Assembly: GCA_963803975.1 (NCBI GenBank)
Contig: CAWDOY010000005.1
Location: forward strand, 11,143 to 75,142
Source of the DNA: an uncultured delta proteobacterium
GTDB taxonomy: Bacteria > Desulfobacterota > WTBG01 > CAIYCZ01
Length of the DNA: 64,000 bases
Direction of reading: 5' to 3'
Position numbers and translations under genes: made by a program. The notes beneath the pieces are model-generated. The model had not been told where the DNA came from. It saw nothing but the letters and a program-made list of their open reading frames with translations, and ran no database searches. Each line of letters opens with the position of its first letter. Within the stretch, counting starts at the first letter, position 1. Positions 50,117 to 57,226 of this stretch are shown here, piece by piece.

Positions 50117-51841
50117 TTAAAATGTGCCAGCGTCCAGCGGACATGAAAACACAAACCGTGAAGCTGGTTTCCCCAAATCAGTAACCTTTTCCGTTGAGAC
50201 GAGCATTACCTTCTTAAAGTAGGCGCTGTTTTCCAACCCGCTGGTTATCTGCACCACGGTTGTCAGCACCTGGGAATCATCGCCAAACACAACGCCCTCC
50301 AGCCTGAGCTTCATGACTAATTCCTTATCAGCTGGAGCTGGTGCTGCGGCGGAAACTGATGGGGAGCCTGTTTCCAGCGCAATGCTTTGCAGCACCGTGT
50401 TCTCCGGCAGGATGCGCGTGAGAGAACTGAGGATTTCCGAGAACTGGGGCTGCTCAAAAGAAAAGTCAGGAACCTGGGAGAGCCGCTGTTTTAAATTTTC
50501 TTTTTTTTCATTAAGACGAAGCATCTCTTCCATATAGGACTTAAGCGAGGAGAACTGGGATTTTTTAGTGTTCAGCTCTTCCCGTGAAACCGCAACCGAG
50601 CGGTATGAATAGAGATACATTGTCGCGAGGGAGGAGAAGAATATAATTAAAAGCAGCAGCGGAAGCCAGTTGCGGAGCTGGGCCGTTTCCAGCATACCGG
50701 GGCGCGGCGGAAGAAAATTTATATCCCTGCAGCGGCCCGCCGACAAACCCAGCGCCACTGAGAGGCGGGGCTTGTGCTGCTGAAACGCAGTGTCGTTTTG
50801 CAGATGCCCGGGAACAGGCAGTGCTGCAAACGGGTCCATGACTGACACGTCGATGCCCAGTCCACTGGAGAGAAATGCTGCGAGATTTTTAAAACCGGCA
50901 CCGCCGCCGCAGAGAAGAATCGTATCGACACGCTTCTCACGCCCCTGGGCTTTGTAAACATCAAATGACCTGAGCGCTTCAGTGCTGAGGCGCTCAAGCA
51001 CCGGACGGATTATAAACATAATTCTGGAGAGCGGAAGACCTGCAGGGGTTACCTCCTGGCCGCCGCCCATGGGGATGCCGTACTTTTTTTTGATTGCTTC
51101 AGCCTCTTCAACGCTTAAGGCAAACTGCTTTCCTTCAACAGCAACCGGCTCCATAAGAGCCCGGGTAAAATCATTGCCGCCGGTTGCGATCTCCCGGGCA
51201 AATTGCAGCTCTCCTGCCTTGAGAATGGCAATGGTTGTCCCTTCGGCACCGATATCAAGCACGGCAACGGTCTTGCCACGATACCTGTCCCCGGTGAGCT
51301 GAAAGGCGTATTGCAGCGAGAAGGGGACCGCATCGATACCCGCTGCTGAATAGCCTGCCTGCTCCAGTAAAGAAAGCTCCTGGTCCATGAATTTATTCAG
51401 CACTGCTGCGGTTATAAGATCAAGGTCAGGGGTTTCTGCAGAGATACCGGCAATTTTTTTATAGACGACCCGGGCCTCGTCCAAGGGGAAGGGGAAATAT
51501 TTTTTACCCTGCCAGCGAATTGCCGCCAGCATCTCCTGGTCAGGCATGGGTGGCAGTTTTATGCGCTGCAGGTTGACCGAGGGACCGGAAAAGGAAAGAT
51601 AAATATCTGCGGAGGAGCTGCTGCAGCGGGCCAGCAGTTGTTTAATTAACGGAGCAATGGAGGCTGCATCCCGTGAGGCTTTGCCTTGCAGTGCGGAGGG
51701 TATCTCAACAATACCATACTGTAACAGCTGCACTTTCCCGCCGGACACACGGGTCTCAACCATCTTTAGGGTATGGCTCCCGAGCTCGATCCCTATCGAG
51801 TGTGCAGCTTTTTTTGAAAATGAAAACAGTTTAGCAGCCAT
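50117..51841 (-). CDS. mshI: PilM-PilN fusion protein (MshI-like)
   Basis: 574-aa ORF with an N-terminal actin-like PilM domain (IGIELGSHTLKMVE...VLDIGAEGTTIAI...LLCGGGAG), a TM segment (LPLLLLIIFFSSLATMYLY) and a PilN-like periplasmic part. Confidence 0.8.
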   Translation of the reverse strand: MAAKLFSFSKKAAHSIGIELGSHTLKMVETRVSGGKVQLLQYGIVEIPSALQGKASRDAASIAPLIKQLLARCSSSSADIYLSFSGPSVNLQRIKLPPMPDQEMLAAIRWQGKKYFPFPLDEARVVYKKIAGISAETPDLDLITAAVLNKFMDQELSLLEQAGYSAAGIDAVPFSLQYAFQLTGDRYRGKTVAVLDIGAEGTTIAILKAGELQFAREIATGGNDFTRALMEPVAVEGKQFALSVEEAEAIKKKYGIPMGGGQEVTPAGLPLSRIMFIIRPVLERLSTEALRSFDVYKAQGREKRVDTILLCGGGAGFKNLAAFLSSGLGIDVSVMDPFAALPVPGHLQNDTAFQQHKPRLSVALGLSAGRCRDINFLPPRPGMLETAQLRNWLPLLLLIIFFSSLATMYLYSYRSVAVSREELNTKKSQFSSLKSYMEEMLRLNEKKENLKQRLSQVPDFSFEQPQFSEILSSLTRILPENTVLQSIALETGSPSVSAAAPAPADKELVMKLRLEGVVFGDDSQVLTTVVQITSGLENSAYFKKVMLVSTEKVTDLGKPASRFVFSCPLDAGTF

Positions 51842-51923
51842 GCAATAAATCTCAGCCTATATGTATCTACTATTGCCTATTTGCCTTGCTTGCCTGTTCG
51901 CCGTAGCCTTGTGCGAAGGCGGG

Positions 51924-52112
51924 TTACCCATGACTTGTTACTGTGCGTATCAAAGTTTTCAGGCTATCGACCTTATAAAGGCGATAGCCATTGATGGGAT
52001 GCCGCACTGCTTTGAGCTTCCCGAGTTTGTCCCAGCGCCTGAGTGTCGCCTCACATACCCCGAGCATCTTTGCAGCTTCCCGTATGGTGATGTAATTGTT
52101 GAAATTTTCCAC
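51924..52112 (-). CDS. small MerR/excisionase-type helix-turn-helix DNA-binding protein
   Basis: 62-aa ORF (ITIREAAKMLGVCEATLRRWDKLGKLKAVRHPINGYRLY), a typical HTH_17/excisionase-family fold signature. It lies 82 nt upstream of mshI on the same strand. Confidence 0.75.
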   Translation of the reverse strand: MENFNNYITIREAAKMLGVCEATLRRWDKLGKLKAVRHPINGYRLYKVDSLKTLIRTVTSHG

Positions 52113-52284
52113 AAAAACCCTTTATATGGTTATTAAACCTTATACAAGCCTATATATAGGCCACTATATTTTGTCAAGAAAAAAAATACCTTTTTATGAA
52201 AATCTTTAAGGGAATATATAGATTATTACATAGATAAATCTGGGAATTTTGCTCTCAGACTATTACATAGACATGGGATTTTGT

Positions 52285-52359
52285 TGTAGGAGTGGCTTTA
52301 GCCGCGAAACCATCCCTTCGGCTGCGCTCAGGACAGGCGCGCATAAATGCGCTCCTACA
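52285..52359. repeat. REP-like inverted doublet
   Basis: TGTAGGAGTGGCTTTAGCCGCGAA ... (inverted) TGTAGGAGCGCATTTATGCGCGCC. Each unit has its own internal palindrome (GGCT-TT-AGCC; GCGCAT-TT-ATGCGC). The outer TGTAGGAG/CTCCTACA arms are inverted. Confidence 0.65.
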
Positions 52360-52411
52360 GAAATTTCAAATATATTTGGTTTGATTTGCGGGAAAAATGT
52401 AATGGCAGGCT

Positions 52412-54044
52412 TTAGGGAACAAGTTCTTTCCAGTAATTGAGCGTAAGGGCTCCGGATGTGATAGTAAACGTGCCGTCATCTTCAAACACTCTTTTGGTCT
52501 ATGCGGTAGGCATTCTGGACTTTGCCGGTACTGGTAACAGAATAGACAGGCGAGCTGTAACAAAACTCTGTGGTGGTAACATTACTGCCGGTCCAGCTTG
52601 TGGTCTGGGTGGGATTATATAAGGATGCATCACAGTTTTCTTGAACGTAACTTATCTCCGTGGCAGTTAGGTAGGCTGGTCTGCGTATCCAGAAAACGCG
52701 CAAAGCTCGAGCTGGTATCCGCAGGATTGGAACTGATCATGGAAGAAAACGGTGTTGTTGCCCTGCGGGTTATAATCGCACTTGCCAGCGTAGCAGGGTC
52801 TCGTTGCCCCAAGGCCCAGCGGGTCAAAGACTGCTTGCAGTACCTGCAGGGGAGCGGTATTTATATTGATTGGTGCGCGGGAACCTGTTGTCCGCTGTAC
52901 ATTGGGGTTCACCCAGGAATAGACCGTGACATAATTTTTTATCAAATCGTAATATGCAGTGGTCATGCCGCTTACCTGCTGCACTTCCTCAACCGTGTCA
53001 AACAGGCTGCTGCCGCGGTAGGTCACAATATTGGTTGCAAGGGTATTTGCCGTGGCATCAGCAATACCGCACTCAACCATGAGATACCGGAGCAGGGACT
53101 GTGACGCATAATTGAGGTGCACCTTGCCCTGCTCATCATCAATGGGCGCTGATTCAACCACACCGCTTCCCAGGCCAATATTTACTGTTTTTGTGCGTGC
53201 CGTCGCTGTTTTTAAACGTGGTGTACCAGGGCTCGGTAACTGCATCGTTTTTAGTGGTAACCCGGATGCAGAGATAATCAATATAGGTGCTTCTGCTTCC
53301 AGAGACACAATATGCGCGGATTCGAAAATTGTTTCCACTGCTTGCCAGCAGATTACTCCAGCTGGGCGTCGCTGCAATGGTTCTGAATTCAAAATTGGGG
53401 CTGGCCGTACTGGTGGAGGAAATCGTAACGGTGCTGCCCACATTGACAGGAGAAGTCCAAGTTCCATCCAGAGTATATTGTAACTGGATAACGGTATTCG
53501 TTCCTCCGCTCTGCCGTGATGCCCTGATGCCGATATCCATTGCTTTTATGGGCGTGCCGCACAAATTATAGCGCTGCTGAAAATCATAGACCTGAAGATA
53601 ACGCTCGGCGGCAGGGGTTAATGTACAATAATAAAAGGTGTGTACTGGTGAGGGAGGTTCCGTAAAAAAGCGCTCTGGTAGGATTGGTAAGCCCTGTACC
53701 CGCTGGCGCTGACATACGCCGTCCAGACACGGGGTCACACAGTAGCCCGCTGCCGTATCATCGGTGGTCTGGGTGGTGCTGGCATCATCACGAATCTCAC
53801 GCACCGCCCGCTCAATACCGGCCTCGGCAATATAAAATGCCCGGGACGCTGTCAGCTGGTTTGACGCAACCATGTTCCCGATGTTGGTCATCGATATAAT
53901 GCTGATGCCGAGAACACTTATCATCATTATAAGAAGAACGATGACAATAGCGGACACACCGCTTTGGCCATGGATTATTGATTTATTGGGGGATGTAAAC
54001 AGCATATCATGCAAGCTCTCTTCGCATGAGGATGTCTGTTGCAA
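52412..54044 (-). pseudogene. PilX/GspK-like tip minor pilin with long C-terminal extension, split into about 4 ORFs by frame breaks
   Basis: ORF 53154..54044 has a PilX-type N-terminus (GVSAIVIVLLIMMISVLGISIISMTNIGN...FYIAEAGIERA). ORF 52667..53467 carries a GspK-like HhH segment (...VEEVQQVSGMT...APININTAPLQVL). ORFs 52482..52703 and 52412..52498 continue in other frames. Breaks are at about 53175-53216, 52665-52700 and 52490-52498. Confidence 0.6.
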
Positions 54045-54483
54045 AAGACCGGGACACTCCCCCGGCTGAAAATGTTAAATTCTGCACCGAGAGAATCGTG
54101 TTGCCTGCTGTAAGCGCGCATTGGAACGTTGAAACATTCTGCAGGATACTCTGGTCTGCTCCCTCTACCCGGTGCAGATCGCTGCCGGACAGATAGTAGC
54201 GCACTGTTTCAATAACCCCGTCTCCATCAACATCAGCCGTCACACTAAAGTCAGAAGAGCTGGTGAGGGTCATGGTGTCTGCCTGCCGGACTTCACTGTC
54301 CATGCGCGCTAAAATGACCCGCGCATTTTGATTGAGATCCTGGTCGCTGACCGTCATATTAAACAGCAATGCCTGAGAGCTGAAGTAACCGGTGAACATA
54401 GTGGCAAGTATTCCTATTATCACAATGGTGCAGATCATTTCGATCAGGGTAAATCCCGCGCTATCTTTCATATGCTTTACCAT
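54007..54483 (-). CDS. GspJ/PilW-like minor pilin (prepilin-type N-terminal domain)
   Basis: 158-aa ORF (SAGFTLIEMICTIVIIGILATMF...NARVILARMDSEVRQA). Its start shares 1 nt with the stop of the upstream gene. Confidence 0.7.
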   Translation of the reverse strand: MVKHMKDSAGFTLIEMICTIVIIGILATMFTGYFSSQALLFNMTVSDQDLNQNARVILARMDSEVRQADTMTLTSSSDFSVTADVDGDGVIETVRYYLSGSDLHRVEGADQSILQNVSTFQCALTAGNTILSVQNLTFSAGGVSRSFATDILMRRELA

Positions 54484-54872
54484 CAGCTGTGATTAGCTAA
54501 CACCGTGGTGAGTTTCAAACTGTTTCCGGAAGCTGACACGGTTACTTCGACCTTTTTGTACGTTGTCGAGCCCGCGTCATCCAGGAATCCGGCATCAACC
54601 GGGGTTGCGGTTGTCGTCCAGCTATAGGCAGCATGCGGCGCTGAAAAAGTGCCGCTGCCGCTGCTTGCCGAGGCATAGCCCGACTGGATATAGCCATCCA
54701 TTTTCCTCTGTCCAAGCTCGGTTGCTACGGTAACAAAATCAGCCTGGCCCATGGAAAGCCCCGCGCCATAGAACATATTCATCAAAGGCACAACACCGAT
54801 TGCCACAATAACAATAATTATTATCATTTCAATCAGGGTAAAGCCTTTGGTGTTTTTATGTGCGTTGAACAT
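54483..54872 (-). CDS. GspI/PilV-like minor pilin
   Basis: 129-aa ORF (TKGFTLIEMIIIIVIVAIGVVPLMNMF). Confidence 0.7.
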   Translation of the reverse strand: MFNAHKNTKGFTLIEMIIIIVIVAIGVVPLMNMFYGAGLSMGQADFVTVATELGQRKMDGYIQSGYASASSGSGTFSAPHAAYSWTTTATPVDAGFLDDAGSTTYKKVEVTVSASGNSLKLTTVLANHS

Positions 54873-54898
54873 GATACAGTACCTGCTTATTGTTACGT

Positions 54899-55399
54899 TC
54901 AGCTTGCCGTGACCCGTCCGGTGTTTGCCAGCACCGAGATGGTCATGGAATTTCCGCCGCCGGAAACAATAACAGATCCGCCCCCGCCGGTGCTCGGGGC
55001 TCCAAGATAATCAAACTCTACCGTATAGTCGCCGCCGATTATAACGCCGGGATAATCAGTAGCGACAACGACAGTATAGTTTCCTGCCTTGAGCGGATGG
55101 CTCATAATGGTTTCAGCGCCGCTGCTGCGGTTTACCTGATAGACTGAATAGCTGTTAGTGCTTGCATAAAAATAGACTTTATAATTATATGCAGTGCTCA
55201 CTGCCTGGGACTGTGCATAGCGGATATCCGCGGCAATAGCCTGCGCAGCAGCACTGACGCGGATGCCCGGCAGGCCCTGAAACCGGGGATAGGCAATGGC
55301 GGCAAGAATGCCAAGAATAACAATGACGAGAATTAATTCTATGGCGGTGAAGCCGCGCTCTTGTTTCATGAAAAATTGCTTAACAGATGATAAGCCCAT
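54899..55399 (-). CDS. GspH/FimT-like minor pilin
   Basis: 166-aa ORF (ERGFTAIELILVIVILGILAAIAYPRF...AQAIAADIRYAQSQAV...TISVLANTGRVT). Confidence 0.7.
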   Translation of the reverse strand: MGLSSVKQFFMKQERGFTAIELILVIVILGILAAIAYPRFQGLPGIRVSAAAQAIAADIRYAQSQAVSTAYNYKVYFYASTNSYSVYQVNRSSGAETIMSHPLKAGNYTVVVATDYPGVIIGGDYTVEFDYLGAPSTGGGGSVIVSGGGNSMTISVLANTGRVTAS

Positions 55400-55523
55400 G
55401 CCTATTATCTTCGTCTTAAATGACCTCTTTCTTTAAAATAATATTGTTATTATAAATAGATGCAATTCTTCCGGATGCTTCGATTCGCCGCCTTCAGCAC
55501 ATTAAAAAAGGGGAAAAAGCCGC

Positions 55524-55631
55524 TTGTTACTTACGTTGCAAAACACTTGACAGGGCTGCAAAAAGTCAGTAGAATCGAACCATGCCACGCCAAGCCCGTT
55601 TAGATGTCCCCGACGCCCTCCACCACATCAT
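55524..55631 (+). repeat. 108-bp duplicate of the promoter plus the first 17 codons of the Y1-transposase gene (partner 56153..56260)
   Basis: My hand alignment finds 106/108 identical at a constant offset of 629 nt. The copy includes TTGACA-17-TAGAAT (55547-55575) and ATG 55582. The copy-1 ORF terminates after 23 codons. Confidence 0.85.
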
Positions 55632-55655
55632 CTGCGTTCATCCGCGTCCATAGAT

Positions 55656-56081
55656 TCAGTATTCAACCCCCTCCTCCACAGTTAGCGGCGGCTTGTAATG
55701 CCAGCGGTACTGTTTACCGTTAATAGCGGCTGCAAAAGTATTATCACCGGAGAGCTGAATGCCGCCCTTATCTTCCAGATTGTCATACACCGATTTTATG
55801 GTGATATTCTGAATGGTGCTGCCCGGCACATTACCCAGCGCGACGTTGGCATAGGTAATGGTTGCCGCTGCGCGCAGGATGCAGGTAAACGCCTTAACGG
55901 TTGCCTCGTCAGCCTGCCGTGACAGGCTGTTATAGCGGGCGACCGCAACCACCGTAAACACTGCGAATACTGCCAGAATAATCACCAGCTCAATGAGAGA
56001 CAGTGCCCTGTTATCCTGCAAAAAATTCCGCTCATCTTTATTATGTGACATACGGTACCTTGCAAAATAATTAGTAAACAT
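55656..56081 (-). CDS. atypical pilin-like protein (Ala instead of Gly at the predicted prepilin cleavage site)
   Basis: 141-aa ORF whose N-terminus ...QDNRALSLIELVIILAVFAVFTVVAVARY keeps the hydrophobic helix and Glu+5. The usual G-F/M is replaced by A-L. Confidence 0.6.
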   Translation of the reverse strand: MFTNYFARYRMSHNKDERNFLQDNRALSLIELVIILAVFAVFTVVAVARYNSLSRQADEATVKAFTCILRAAATITYANVALGNVPGSTIQNITIKSVYDNLEDKGGIQLSGDNTFAAAINGKQYRWHYKPPLTVEEGVEY

Positions 56082-56175
56082 CCCCCATGTAGCTAAATTT
56101 CATCACAGTGTCAACGATAAAACAGGTTAACTTTGGGACGACTTTGGGGACGTTGTTACTTACGTTGCAAAATAC

Positions 56176-56204
56176 TTGACAGGGCTGCAAAAAGTCAGTA
56201 GAAT
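56176..56204 (+). promoter_or_regulatory. near-consensus sigma70 promoter giving an apparently leaderless transposase mRNA
   Basis: TTGACA (56176-56181), a 17-nt spacer, then TAGAAT (56199-56204). The ATG at 56211 is only 6 nt after the -10 element and there is no SD. Confidence 0.6.
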
Positions 56205-56210
56205 CGAACC

Positions 56211-57182
56211 ATGCCACGCCAAGCCCGTTTAGATGTCCCCGGCGCCCTCCACCACATCATGGTCCGGGGAATCGACAAATCAAATATCTTCCGCGACACA
56301 AAGGATAAAGCCCAGTTCCTTGAACGCCTCGGACAAAACGTTCAGGACGCAAAATGTTCCGTCTACGCCTGGGTCCTCATGGACAACCATGTTCATATCC
56401 TTTTCCGAAGCGGACAAAGCGGCATATCAGCCGTCATGAGGAAGCTTCTTACCTGGTACGCCCAATACTTCAACCGCAGGCACCGCCGGAGGGGACATCT
56501 CTTCGAGAACCGGTACAAATCCATACTCTGCGACGAGGACAATTATCTCCTTGCCCTCGTTCGATACATACATCTTAACCCCGTTCGGGCAAGGATCATC
56601 CAGACGATGACAGAGATGGACAAATACCCCTGGAGCGGCCATCGGTCTATTATCGAAAAGGCAAAATACCCATGGATGGATACTGCAACGGTATTGGCAC
56701 AGTTCGGAGGCACGAAAAGAAAAACAATAAAGGAATACAGGCGTTTTATCCAGGAAGGCATGAATCAGGGCCACGATCCACAGTTTTCCGGCGGCGGGCT
56801 TGTTCGGAGTCTCGGTGGGTGGTCCAATGTCCTCTCCTTGAGACGGAAAGGCCAGCGGGAGGAGACGGACGAACGGGTCCTTGGGAGCGGTGATTTCGTG
56901 CAACAAGTTATCAAAGAAGCAGAAGACAAGTCGCTTCGGCAAATGAAGCTCAAAAGATCAGGACTAACTCTGACAAAGATCATCGAGCAAGAATGCATAA
57001 AAGGGCAGATCAGCCAGAAAGAACTTGAGAACGGCAGCCGGCGGTCAAAGGTAAGCCAAGCGCGTGCCCAGATCGCACGACGCGGCATGGAAGAGATCGG
57101 GCTTTCAGCGGCTGAGATTGCACGACGTCTAGGCGTAGCCACATCAAGCATTACGCGGGCGATTGAAAAACTGGAGAGCTGA
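56211..57182 (+). CDS. IS200-like/REP-associated (RayT-like) Y1 tyrosine transposase with C-terminal DnaA-C-like HTH
   Basis: 323-aa ORF (MPRQARLDVPGALHHIMVRGI...) with the HUH motif in AWVLMDNHVHILF, then GHLFENRYKSIL and RYIHLNPVRA. The C-terminal region (GLSAAEIARRLGVATSSITRA) is HTH-like. Confidence 0.8.
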   Translation: MPRQARLDVPGALHHIMVRGIDKSNIFRDTKDKAQFLERLGQNVQDAKCSVYAWVLMDNHVHILFRSGQSGISAVMRKLLTWYAQYFNRRHRRRGHLFENRYKSILCDEDNYLLALVRYIHLNPVRARIIQTMTEMDKYPWSGHRSIIEKAKYPWMDTATVLAQFGGTKRKTIKEYRRFIQEGMNQGHDPQFSGGGLVRSLGGWSNVLSLRRKGQREETDERVLGSGDFVQQVIKEAEDKSLRQMKLKRSGLTLTKIIEQECIKGQISQKELENGSRRSKVSQARAQIARRGMEEIGLSAAEIARRLGVATSSITRAIEKLES

Positions 57183-57226
57183 ACCACATCGCAACGTAAG
57201 TAACAACGTCCCTAAAGACTAAAACT

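Larger units (their letters stand above)
56140..57219 (+). mobile_element. IS200/RayT-like Y1 transposase unit bounded by ~29-nt imperfect inverted repeats
   Basis: The left arm GACTTTGGGGACGTTGTTACTTACGTTGC (56140-56168) matches the reverse complement of 57191-57219, with 2 mismatches by my count. The only gene inside is the Y1 transposase-like ORF. Confidence 0.6.
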
